A stretch of DNA of 64,000 bases from Candidatus Kuenenia stuttgartensis (lineage in GTDB: Bacteria > Planctomycetota > Planctomycetia > Pirellulales > UBA1268): assembly GCA_945873085.1 (NCBI GenBank), contig CAMCCR010000001.1, positions 748 through 64,747 of the forward strand, given 5' to 3'. Made by a program: the position numbers and the translations under genes. A model generated the notes under the pieces. The model saw nothing but the letters and a program-made list of their open reading frames with translations. It ran no database searches and had not been told where the DNA came from. Positions 49,585 through 58,503 of the stretch are shown here, one piece after another. Numbering within the stretch: position 1 is the stretch's first letter; the number at the start of each line of letters is the position of its first letter.

Positions 49585-49624
49585 TTCGACGTCTCTTCAG
49601 GCACATTCGACGTCTCTTCAGGCA
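49585..49624. repeat. perfect 19-bp direct repeat, 2 copies with 21-bp period, in ADH-SDR intergenic spacer
   Basis: TTCGACGTCTCTTCAGGCA at 49585-49603 and again at 49606-49624. Each copy contains the palindrome GACGTC. The repeat lies 10 nt after the ADH stop and 17 nt before the SDR ATG. Confidence 0.9.
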
Positions 49625-49640
49625 AACAAGGAACCGCCCC

Positions 49641-50456
49641 ATGACTTCCGCTCCACCCACCGGGCCAGCCCTGTTTGATCTCACCGGCCGCACGGCACTC
49701 GTGACCGGCGCCAGCCGTGGCTTGGGGCTGCAAATGGCTGGGGCTCTCGCGCGGGCCGGCGCCGATCTCGTGATCACCGCCAGGAAAGTCGAGGACCTGA
49801 CCACGTCGCGCGCCGCGCTCGAGGCCCACGGCCACCGCGTCACACCGCTCTCCCTTGATCTCCGCAGCGAATCGAGCATCCGCGACTGCGCGGCGGCCGC
49901 GATCGAAGCCGCCGGGGCGATCGACATCCTCCTCAACAACGCCGGCTGCAACATCCGCAAACCGGCCGTGGAGGTGACCTGGGACGACTGGAACACGATC
50001 CTCGACACAAATCTCCGCGGCACGTTTTTCATGGCCCAATCCATGGCACGGCACATGATCCCCCGGAAACAGGGGCGGATCATCAATATCGGGAGCGTGA
50101 CGAGCGTCTTCGGCTACGCCGGACTGACCCCCTACTCGGCCAGCCGTGGCGGCGTGAAGCAGATGACGATGAGCCTCGCCGACGACCTCGGGCCGCATGG
50201 AATCACGGTCAACTGCCTGGCCCCGGGGTGGTTTCGCACCGCCCAGAACGACGTTATGTACCGCGACGAGGAATGGGTCGCCTACCTCACCGAGAGGATC
50301 CCGCTCAAGCGTCCGGGGAAGGCAGAGGATCTCGACGGGGCGGTCGTTTTCCTCGCCTCCGACGCAAGCGCTTACGTGACCGGACAGACGCTCCTCGTCG
50401 ACGGCGGCATCACGACCGGCTCGACGCGGGCCCTGCCGCTGAAAAAACCCGTTTGA
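49641..50456 (+). CDS. short-chain dehydrogenase/reductase (gluconate-5-dehydrogenase-like)
   Basis: Start at ATG 49641. ALVTGASRGLG (TGxxxGxG) and LLNNAG are present. The active-site region reads YSASR (Arg codon CGT) where the YxxxK Lys is expected. Confidence 0.85.
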   Translation: MTSAPPTGPALFDLTGRTALVTGASRGLGLQMAGALARAGADLVITARKVEDLTTSRAALEAHGHRVTPLSLDLRSESSIRDCAAAAIEAAGAIDILLNNAGCNIRKPAVEVTWDDWNTILDTNLRGTFFMAQSMARHMIPRKQGRIINIGSVTSVFGYAGLTPYSASRGGVKQMTMSLADDLGPHGITVNCLAPGWFRTAQNDVMYRDEEWVAYLTERIPLKRPGKAEDLDGAVVFLASDASAYVTGQTLLVDGGITTGSTRALPLKKPV

Positions 50457-50470
50457 GGCTGTCGTCAACC

Positions 50471-51631
50471 ATGGCGGACACCCCCACCACCCGCAACGGC
50501 GAACTTTTCTTTCCCGCCGCCGACGGTCCGTTTTTCGAGTGGCACCAGACCAATTCCGGAAGCGACAACGCCGAACTGGTGAGTGCCGAACTGTCGCGGC
50601 TGGCCTACGCGCCGCTTCCGCGGATCGAGACGGAACTGCGACGGATCGGCTACGACTTCCTCGAGACCCTCGAGAGCCGGCGGCTTTTCTCCGCGCGTGC
50701 CGCCGCCGACGGCTTCCTCTGCCGCGATCCGCGGTCTGGCACCCTGTTCGCCGTTTTCCGTGGTACCGAGACGGGGAACCTCGACGATCTCCTCGCCAAT
50801 CTGCTCGTCGATCCGATCGAGTGGCGGCCGGGGACGCTCGTCCAGCGCGGCTACGGCCGGACGTTCGACGAGCTCCGCGGCCCTCTCGAGCCTTGGCTGC
50901 TCGAGCCACCCGGCCGCACGATCGCCACTGGCCACAGCCTCGGTGGGGCGTTGGCGACGCTCTGCGCCTATGACTTCCCGGAGGTGGAGCTTGTCACGTT
51001 CGGCGCGCCGCGCGTCGGCACCGACACGCTCGGCCTCCGACCGCGTCAGCCGGTGCGACGCTACGTGCACTGCTGTGACCTCGTCCCGCGCGTGCCCCCG
51101 GCCCGCTTCAACGAAGCCGACATCGAAGACCTTGCCGACGGCATCCTCGACAACCTCGGGAGCCCGGCGGGATGGCTCGCCGCCGCGTCACAGACGGCGC
51201 TGCGGCAGTCGGCGAGGCTGGCGGCCGGGGCCGCGGCACGAATCGCGGCAGCACGCGGCTGGGACCACTCCTTTGCCCACCCCGGGCCGCTTTTCTACCT
51301 CGACCGGCGGGGGAGCATTCATCGTGATCCGAGCGCCGAGACCGTCGCCGCCGATCAGAGGCAGGCCCGCAGCGACTACCGAGAGGCTCTCGGCATCACC
51401 GCGTCGGACATGAACGCCGCGGCGCTGCTCGAGGCGTTGGCCGGGCTGTCCGCGGCGCTGGTGCGAGGCGAGACAGACTTGGCCCGTTCCGCACGGGAGC
51501 GGCTGTTTGCAGAACTCTCCCGCAGCGACGCGATCGGCAGGGTGGTCTTCCGCGATCTCGCCGACCACGCCGCGATCCACTACGTCCGCGTCCTCATCCA
51601 AGCGTTGTCCGGGAGCGGTGACGGATCGTGA
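50471..51631 (+). CDS. lipase class 3 family protein
   Basis: Start at ATG 50471. Nucleophile elbow ATGHSLGGALA, Asp context HCCDLVPRVPP, and a possible His near the C-terminus (DLADHAAIHY). No signal peptide. Confidence 0.8.
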   Translation: MADTPTTRNGELFFPAADGPFFEWHQTNSGSDNAELVSAELSRLAYAPLPRIETELRRIGYDFLETLESRRLFSARAAADGFLCRDPRSGTLFAVFRGTETGNLDDLLANLLVDPIEWRPGTLVQRGYGRTFDELRGPLEPWLLEPPGRTIATGHSLGGALATLCAYDFPEVELVTFGAPRVGTDTLGLRPRQPVRRYVHCCDLVPRVPPARFNEADIEDLADGILDNLGSPAGWLAAASQTALRQSARLAAGAAARIAAARGWDHSFAHPGPLFYLDRRGSIHRDPSAETVAADQRQARSDYREALGITASDMNAAALLEALAGLSAALVRGETDLARSARERLFAELSRSDAIGRVVFRDLADHAAIHYVRVLIQALSGSGDGS

Positions 51632-51673
51632 CGGCATGCCTGGGGCCGCGATCGATGCGATCTCGCCCGCCGC

Positions 51674-53773
51674 TCACATGAACGCGTCGGCCGTCTCCGC
51701 CGGGGCCGGGCCGTACTTGAGCGGGGCCATCGTGAAGCTCGCCCGCCCCTGGCTGACGCTCCGGACCGCGGCCGAATAGCCGAACATGCTCGCCAGTGGA
51801 GCCTCCGCCGTGAGCACCGTCACGCCGGCGCGGATCTCGGTTGCCGTGATCATCGCCCGCCGCTGCTGAAGATCATTGATGACGTCGCCGAGGTGCTCCT
51901 CGGGCACACTCACCTCGACCCGCATCACCGGCTCGAGAAGCACCGACCCGGCAGCGGCCAGGAGCTTGTCGACGGCGTCGGCGGCAGCAATTCGGATCGC
52001 GACCTCCCCCGGCGGCGGCTCGGGGATCGGGCTCTCGAGGAGAACGATCCGCACGCCCCACAGCGGGCAGCCCTTGAGCCCCCCCCGCTCCGCGCTCTCC
52101 CGCACCGCCAGGGTCATCGCCGCGGCGATGTCGGCGAGGGCATCGTTCTCGGGAAACCACCCCTGCTCGACCGTGACGCTTGCTTGGTCGTCGGTCGGCT
52201 CGGCCCGGATCGTGACGGTGGCGACGAGCGTCTGCCCGGCCACCTGACGGTTTGACTGGCCGACGACCGTGGCGGCGCTGCGGAGCGTCTCCTTGTAGCT
52301 CACCCGCGGCTTGTGGACGCGGCACTTGAGGTTGAAGTCTCGCTGAAGCCTGTGACGGATGACCTCGAGATGGAGCTCACCCATGCCGGAGATGAGCGTC
52401 TGCCCCGTCTCCTCGCTCTCGCTGGCACGGAACGTCGGATCCTGACGCTTCATCATCTCGAGGACGTCTGAGAGCTTCTTTCGCTCGAGGCTCGTCTCCG
52501 GCTCGATCGCCATCGAGATCACTGTCTCCGGGAACTCGATCGACTCGAGGATCACAGGGGCATCGGCGTCGCAGAGCGTGTCGCCGGTGATGCTGTTGCG
52601 GGGGCCAATGACCCCGACGATGTCTCCCGCCTCGCACTTTTCGATCTGCTCGCGGCGGTCGGCCTGCACGCGCCACAGTTGGGCGATGTTCTCCTTCTTC
52701 TGGCGGAGCGGATTCCACATCCGGCTCCCCGCCTTGAGGGTGCCTGAGTAGATGCGGACGAAGTACAGGTCGCCATGCTTCTCAGCGAGGATCTTGAACA
52801 CGAGCCCGCAGAACGGCGCCGCCGGATCGGCCGCACGCTTGACCGTGACAGGGGTCTTCTTTGTCGGGTCGAGGCCTTCGACGGGGGGCACATCGAGAGG
52901 GCTGGGGAGATAATGGGCGACGGCGTCGAGCACCGGCTGGACTCCGATGCAATCGAGGGCGGAACCGGCGAGCACCGGCACGACGCGGCGGGCGAGGGTC
53001 GCTTCGCGGATCGCCTTGCGGATCACCTGCGTCGGGATCGGCGCCTCGTTCATCGCCAGTTCGGCGAGCTCATCGGAGAAGTCGAAGAGGGTGGAAACGA
53101 GCTGCTCGCGCCACTCGGCTGCCAGGTCGGCGACCTCATCGGGAATCGAGCCCACCGTGAAGGCCTCGGCGGGGGCGTCCCCATCGAGCACTTCGTCCCG
53201 CGGTGGATAGGTGAGGAGTTTCATCTCGACGAGATCGACGAGCCCGCAGAAGGGATCCTTGACGTGCGGCGGCCCCATGCCGAGGGGCACGTGGAGCACC
53301 AGCGGCTTGGCGCCGAGCCGCTTCTCGATCTGGTTGACGGTGCCGAAAAAATCGGCTCCCTCGCGGTCGAGCTTGTTGACGAGCGCCACCCGCGGCACAT
53401 GGTATTTGTCGGCCTGACGCCAGACCGTCTCGCTCTGCGCCTCCACCCCCTCGCGGGCGGAGAAGACGACCACCGCCCCGTCGAGGACGCGCAAGGATCG
53501 CTCCACCTCGGCGGTGAAATCGACGTGGCCGGGAGTGTCGATGAGGTTCACCGTCACGTCGCGCCAGCGGAAGCTCACCGCCGCGGAGTAGATCGTGATC
53601 CCACGCTCCTGCTCTTCGGGATCGAAATCGGTGACGGTCGTTCCCTTGTCGACGTCACCGAGACGGTGGCTCGACTTGGTGTAGAAGAGCATCCGCTCGG
53701 TGAGCGTTGTCTTCCCGGCGTCGATGTGGGCGACGATGCCGATGTTGCGGATGCTGGCCAGTTGCCGGCTCAT
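51674..53773 (-). CDS. fusA: elongation factor G family GTPase (stand-alone copy)
   Basis: NIGIVAHIDAGKTTLTE (G1), DTPGHVDF (G3) and NKLD (G4). 699 aa with EF-G domain order. It is not adjacent to rpsL/rpsG/tuf. Confidence 0.9.
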   Translation of the reverse strand: MSRQLASIRNIGIVAHIDAGKTTLTERMLFYTKSSHRLGDVDKGTTVTDFDPEEQERGITIYSAAVSFRWRDVTVNLIDTPGHVDFTAEVERSLRVLDGAVVVFSAREGVEAQSETVWRQADKYHVPRVALVNKLDREGADFFGTVNQIEKRLGAKPLVLHVPLGMGPPHVKDPFCGLVDLVEMKLLTYPPRDEVLDGDAPAEAFTVGSIPDEVADLAAEWREQLVSTLFDFSDELAELAMNEAPIPTQVIRKAIREATLARRVVPVLAGSALDCIGVQPVLDAVAHYLPSPLDVPPVEGLDPTKKTPVTVKRAADPAAPFCGLVFKILAEKHGDLYFVRIYSGTLKAGSRMWNPLRQKKENIAQLWRVQADRREQIEKCEAGDIVGVIGPRNSITGDTLCDADAPVILESIEFPETVISMAIEPETSLERKKLSDVLEMMKRQDPTFRASESEETGQTLISGMGELHLEVIRHRLQRDFNLKCRVHKPRVSYKETLRSAATVVGQSNRQVAGQTLVATVTIRAEPTDDQASVTVEQGWFPENDALADIAAAMTLAVRESAERGGLKGCPLWGVRIVLLESPIPEPPPGEVAIRIAAADAVDKLLAAAGSVLLEPVMRVEVSVPEEHLGDVINDLQQRRAMITATEIRAGVTVLTAEAPLASMFGYSAAVRSVSQGRASFTMAPLKYGPAPAETADAFM

Positions 53774-53804
53774 GATCTCACGATTCCTCGGTGACCGGCG
53801 GCGG

Positions 53805-55655
53805 TCACATCTTGCGGACGGTGCCGATGCCGAGCAGTTCCAGCCCCTTCCGCAGGACCCGGCCGGTGAGGTCGCACAGGGCCAGCCGGCTCGAACGCTC
53901 CGGTTCGGGAGCTTTCAGGATCGGCAGAGCGTCATAGAAGGCGGAATAACAGCCGGCCACGTCGAACAGCCAGGCGGTGAGGACGTTGGGGCGGTAATCG
54001 GCCTCGACATCCTCGAGGACCTCGCCGAAGCGGGCGATCTCGAGGGCCAGGGCGCGTTCCTTCGGATCGGCAAGCACGATCGGCGTCGCCGTGTTCCGCA
54101 GCGCCCCGCGATCGATTCCCCCCTTCTCCAGCACCCCCTCCACCCGGGCCACCGCATACTGCATGTAGGCCGCGGTGTTGCCGGTCAGTTGGAGCATCTT
54201 GTCGTAGCTGAAGACGTAGTCGGTCGTCCGGTTCTGGCAGAGATCGGCATACTTGATGGCACCGATGCCGACCGTCTCGGCCACACGCCGGCGCTCCTCC
54301 AGCGAGAGCCCCTCGTCAGCGGCGACAACCGCTGCGGCCCGCTCCACCCCCTCGTTGAGGAGCGACTCGAGCCCCACCGTGTCGCCGGCCCGCGTCTTGA
54401 ACGGCTTGCCGTCATCGCCGAGCACGGTGCCGAAGGCGACATGGACAAGGTCGACCCGGCCAAGGCCCCAACGTTTCGCCGTCTCGAACAATTGATCGAA
54501 GTGCTGCCCCTGACGGTGGTCAACCACGTAGAGGATCCGGTCGGGCTTCCAGTGCTCGAGGCGCCAGCGGATCGTCGCCAGATCGGTCGTCGCGTAGAGG
54601 AAGGCACCGTCGGCCTTACGGACGAGGAATGGTGGCTTGTCATCGCCGTCGAGAAAGACCCCGATGGCACCGCGGCTCTCACGCGCCAGCCCCTTCGCCT
54701 CGAGATCGTCGACGACTCCGGCCAAGAACGGCTGGAAGAAGCTCTCCCCGAGGGTGTGGTCGAAGCGGACATCAAGACGCTGATAGAGCCGCTCGATGTC
54801 ACCGAGGCAGGCAGGCATGAACCGCGCCCAGAGGGCCCGGTTGTCGGCATCCCCCTCATGGAGCCGGGCCGTCTCGAGAAGGACCTCGCGACCGGCGTCG
54901 GGGTATTTTGCAGCCAGTTCGGCGATCGACGGGTCGGCGGCGATCTCCTCCGGCTTCCCGTCGGCGAGCTTCCGGACGGTGCGATAGATCCGCCCCAGTT
55001 CGCCGGTCGGATCGGCGGCGAAAGCGGCCTCGTCTCCGAATCGCTTCCAGCCCCAGAGAATCATCCCGAATTGCGTGCCCCAGTCGCCGAGGTGGTTGTC
55101 GGTGATCGTGTGGTGGCCGCGGAAGCCGAGGATCCGGGCGATCGCGTCGCCGATGACCGTCGAGCGGATATGGCCGACATGCATCGGCTTGGCGACGTTC
55201 GGCGAGCTGAAATCGATGACGATGGTGTCGGGCTCGGGCACGCCTGGCACCCCGAGCCGTTCGTCGCGAAACGCAGCCGAAACGGCGGCGGCGAGGGCCT
55301 CATCCCGGATCCGGACATTGATGAATCCGGGGCCAACGGGATCACCAGGGGGAGCAAAGGCTTCCGTAAAGCCCGGCGCCTCCGCCAAGCGACGGGCGAT
55401 TTCGACCGCCAGATCGCGCGGTTTCTTGCCCGCCTTCTTCGCCAGCCCCATCGCCATCGTGCCGGAATAGTCGCCAAACTTGGCGTCAGCCGTTTCCCGC
55501 ACCTGCTCGAGCAACGCGGGGATCTCAGCAGCGTCAATCGCCACGATCCCGTCGGCAGCGAGGCTCTTGAAGGCGGCGGCGAAGCAGCCCCGCAGCCGGT
55601 CACGGAACGTCCCGGCAGGCGCGGGTGCGGGGGCCCGTGGAGCGTCGTCCACCAT
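53805..55655 (-). CDS. argS: arginine--tRNA ligase
   Basis: Start at ATG 55655, sharing 1 nt with the rsfS stop (TGATG). Contains SSPNVAKPMHVGHIRSTVIGD (HIGH-type motif) and ends RKM. 616 aa. Confidence 0.93.
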   Translation of the reverse strand: MVDDAPRAPAPAPAGTFRDRLRGCFAAAFKSLAADGIVAIDAAEIPALLEQVRETADAKFGDYSGTMAMGLAKKAGKKPRDLAVEIARRLAEAPGFTEAFAPPGDPVGPGFINVRIRDEALAAAVSAAFRDERLGVPGVPEPDTIVIDFSSPNVAKPMHVGHIRSTVIGDAIARILGFRGHHTITDNHLGDWGTQFGMILWGWKRFGDEAAFAADPTGELGRIYRTVRKLADGKPEEIAADPSIAELAAKYPDAGREVLLETARLHEGDADNRALWARFMPACLGDIERLYQRLDVRFDHTLGESFFQPFLAGVVDDLEAKGLARESRGAIGVFLDGDDKPPFLVRKADGAFLYATTDLATIRWRLEHWKPDRILYVVDHRQGQHFDQLFETAKRWGLGRVDLVHVAFGTVLGDDGKPFKTRAGDTVGLESLLNEGVERAAAVVAADEGLSLEERRRVAETVGIGAIKYADLCQNRTTDYVFSYDKMLQLTGNTAAYMQYAVARVEGVLEKGGIDRGALRNTATPIVLADPKERALALEIARFGEVLEDVEADYRPNVLTAWLFDVAGCYSAFYDALPILKAPEPERSSRLALCDLTGRVLRKGLELLGIGTVRKM

Positions 55656-56059
55656 CACGTCGCGGCTCCCGCCGACGGCAGGGGGACAAGGCGGGCTTCG
55701 CTCCAGAGGTGCTCGAGATCCCAATAGTCGCGGGCCTCGGCGTCGAAAAGTTGGATCACGACATCGCCGTAATCGAGGACGATCCACCGCCCCTCCTCAT
55801 ACCCCTCGCCGCCACGCTTGAGGTCGTTCCACTCCCGCTTCATCACCTTCTCGATCTCGTCGGCCATGGAGTGGATCTGCCGACGGCTCGTGCCGGTGGC
55901 GACGACGAAGTAATCGAACATCGGCGTCACCCCGCGCAGGTCGAGGATGCGGATGTCGGTGCCGCGGGTCTCCTCGGCGATCCGCGCAGCGGCCAAGGCA
56001 CGCTCGAGCGCCGGCGCCAGCGGAGGGGCAACAGAGGGATCACCGGAGGTCTTCGCCAT
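55655..56059 (-). CDS. rsfS: ribosome silencing factor RsfS
   Basis: DIRILDLRGVTPMFDYFVVATGTSRRQIHSMADEI and WIVLDYGDVVIQLF. Confidence 0.9.
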   Translation of the reverse strand: MAKTSGDPSVAPPLAPALERALAAARIAEETRGTDIRILDLRGVTPMFDYFVVATGTSRRQIHSMADEIEKVMKREWNDLKRGGEGYEEGRWIVLDYGDVVIQLFDAEARDYWDLEHLWSEARLVPLPSAGAAT

Positions 56060-56158
56060 GGAGCGCCGCAGGATCGGGGACTGGACAAGGAGGGGGAGCG
56101 GAAGTCTACCTGCAATCGCACCATGATCCCACCACGGCGGTGAGGTTTTGTCGCGCCG

Positions 56159-57013
56159 TCAGCGCGCCAGGGCCCGCTCGGCCGCCAGCGCGATCCCCAC
56201 CAGAACGAGATCGGGCATCTCGATCGCCCCGGGGAGAGCCGGCAGGATGGCACCGCTCCACCCCCCGGTGAGAAGCACGGGGGTCGACGGCCCGAGTGCC
56301 AATCTCGATCTGGCCACGAGTTCGGCGATCGCCCCTCGCATCCCCCAGCCGATGCCGGCAGCGATCGCCTCGCGGGTGTTTCCGCCGGGCATCGCCGGGG
56401 GATCGGCGTGCTCGAGGGCTCGGACTTCAGGGAGCTTGCTCGTCCCCTGGGCCAATGCCCGAGCCATGAGCGTCGGCCCGGGAAGGATCGCCCCCCCCAA
56501 AAACCGACCATCAGCAGCGATCAGGTCGACCGTCGCCGCAGTCCCGCAATCGACGACAATCACCCCCGAATCTTGCGGCTTCACCGCGGCGGCTGCCGCG
56601 CCCGCCGCCAGACGATCGATCCCCACCCGGTGAGGTTCGGCAACCGCCGGCAGGCAGGGCAGATCGGCAAACCCGATCCTCCGCTGCCGGAGCGGGCGTC
56701 GACCGGTGGCCGACTCTTCGGCCAGCGCCATCTCGAGAACCCCCGCCGCGGCATCGTGGACGCTGGCGACGAGGATCACCGCCGGCCCGGGGGCCGCGAC
56801 GGCGAGCCATTGGCGGAGGAGGTTCGTGCGCAGGCCGCGGTTGTCGATCTCGAGTCGCTGGCGGACCGTCGGCAGGCCAATCCGGCTCCCGCCGGCATCG
56901 AGGCCCCGATCGGCAACCACAGCGAGCTTGATCCGGCTATTCCCCACGTCGGCGAGGAGCAGGGTCTCGGCCAGTCGGCCTGAAAGACCGACAGCGGCGG
57001 CGGGAAGGGACAT
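56159..57013 (-). CDS. coaX: type III pantothenate kinase
   Basis: LLLADVGNSRIKLAV, VVDCGTAATVDLI, GGAILPGPTL. Confidence 0.85.
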   Translation of the reverse strand: MSLPAAAVGLSGRLAETLLLADVGNSRIKLAVVADRGLDAGGSRIGLPTVRQRLEIDNRGLRTNLLRQWLAVAAPGPAVILVASVHDAAAGVLEMALAEESATGRRPLRQRRIGFADLPCLPAVAEPHRVGIDRLAAGAAAAAVKPQDSGVIVVDCGTAATVDLIAADGRFLGGAILPGPTLMARALAQGTSKLPEVRALEHADPPAMPGGNTREAIAAGIGWGMRGAIAELVARSRLALGPSTPVLLTGGWSGAILPALPGAIEMPDLVLVGIALAAERALAR

Positions 57014-57071
57014 GCGGGCGGTCCTCCGGGAGGAACAAGCCGACGGCGGCAGCAGTCCGCCGCCACACCAT

Positions 57072-58085
57072 TCAACGGTCTGGCGCGGGATCGGTCCGGG
57101 GGCTGTCCATCTCGCGCACGACAGCAGTTAGCAGGCGATCGAGACCCTCTCCGGTGACGGCACTGACGGCGATCACGGGCCGGCCAGTGGCCGCTTGGAG
57201 GGCTTCGCGAGTCTCAGACGCCGCGGGGAGTTCGGACTTGCTGACAACGAGAATCTCCGGTCGCTCCCCGAGGCGAGGGTCGTGGAGCACGAGCTCCTCG
57301 CGGATCGCCCGGTAGTTGGTGAGCGGATCACTGCCATCCATCGGCTGGGGTTCGACGACGTGAACAATGATCCCGGCCCGCTCGACATGCCTGAGGAACT
57401 CGTGGCCGAGGCCGTGGCCGGCATGCGCCCCCTCGATGAGGCCGGGGAGATCCGCGAGCACGAAGCTGCGGTCGCGCGAGATCGACACGATCCCCAGCAT
57501 CGGGGTCTTGGTCGTAAAGGCGTAGTCCGCGATCTCGGGGCGGGCCCGAGAGAGCCGGGAGAGGAGCGTGCTCTTTCCGGCATTTGGCTTGCCGACGAGG
57601 CCGACGTCGGCGATTACCTTGAGTTCGAGGAGAATCCGGCGGACCTCCCCTTTTTCGCCGGGAGTCGTCTCGCGCGGCGCCCGGTTCGTGGACGACTTGA
57701 AATGAATGTTGCCGAAACCACCGGCCCCACCCTTGGCGGCAACGAGTTCATCCCCAGCCGCGGCAAGATCCCGGAGCACAAGCCCCGAGGCTCCGTCGAT
57801 GACGATCGTGCCCGGAGGAACCGGGAGAAAGAGATCGGCGGCCGACCGTCCCTTGCAGTTTTGCGGGCCACCTGACTGGCCCGATTCAGCCCGCCACTGC
57901 GTCCTGTGGGCCAAGGCAGCCAGCGAATCGACCCCGGGCTGGGCACGGAGGATTACGCTGCCGCCACTGCCCCCATCCCCACCGTCAGGACCGCCGCGGG
58001 GAATATATTTCTCCCGACGGAAGCTCGAGCTGCCGCGTCCGCCGTCGCCGGCCGCAATCTCGAGATGGACGCGGTCAACGAACAC
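57072..58085 (-). CDS. obg: GTPase Obg
   Basis: MFVDRVHLEIAAGDGGRGSSSFRREKYIPRGGPDGGDGGSGGSV (Obg fold), GKPNAGKST (G1) and DLPGLIEGA (G3). Confidence 0.95.
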   Translation of the reverse strand: MFVDRVHLEIAAGDGGRGSSSFRREKYIPRGGPDGGDGGSGGSVILRAQPGVDSLAALAHRTQWRAESGQSGGPQNCKGRSAADLFLPVPPGTIVIDGASGLVLRDLAAAGDELVAAKGGAGGFGNIHFKSSTNRAPRETTPGEKGEVRRILLELKVIADVGLVGKPNAGKSTLLSRLSRARPEIADYAFTTKTPMLGIVSISRDRSFVLADLPGLIEGAHAGHGLGHEFLRHVERAGIIVHVVEPQPMDGSDPLTNYRAIREELVLHDPRLGERPEILVVSKSELPAASETREALQAATGRPVIAVSAVTGEGLDRLLTAVVREMDSPRTDPAPDR

Positions 58086-58132
58086 GGTCTCGCCTGCCCC
58101 TCACGGGCTTGGGGGGGGAAGGAAAAGATCGA

Positions 58133-58375
58133 TCAAGCCTGAACGTTGACCCGACGCCCCTCGCGGTCGAACGCGACCACGCCGTCGACGAGGGCGAAGA
58201 GGGTGTAGTCTGACCCCATCCCCACGTTGTTGCCGGGGTGGAACTTCGTTCCTACCTGACGGACGAGGATGTTGCCGGCACGAACCAGTTGACCGCCGAA
58301 CTTCTTGACGCCGCGCATCTGGGCGTTGGAGTCACGACCGTTACGACTTGACCCTTGACCTTTTTTATGTGCCAT
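58133..58375 (-). CDS. rpmA: 50S ribosomal protein L27
   Basis: Start at ATG 58375: [52 protein letters not shown]. Confidence 0.96.
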   Translation of the reverse strand: MAHKKGQGSSRNGRDSNAQMRGVKKFGGQLVRAGNILVRQVGTKFHPGNNVGMGSDYTLFALVDGVVAFDREGRRVNVQA

Positions 58376-58503
58376 GGCGATCGACCTCGGAGCAGGTGCT
58401 GCGGAAGGGAATTGGGAGAGAACCGGATCGGGCCAAAAGAGCCCACCCCGCACCAGAAACCCCCCTCGAGAGAGAGATTGCCCGGCGAGGCTTCAGTTCC
58501 ACT

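Noticed and set aside
53700-55727. 675-aa + ORF opposite argS
   Set aside because: Antisense shadow. The HIGH-motif ArgRS is on the minus strand.
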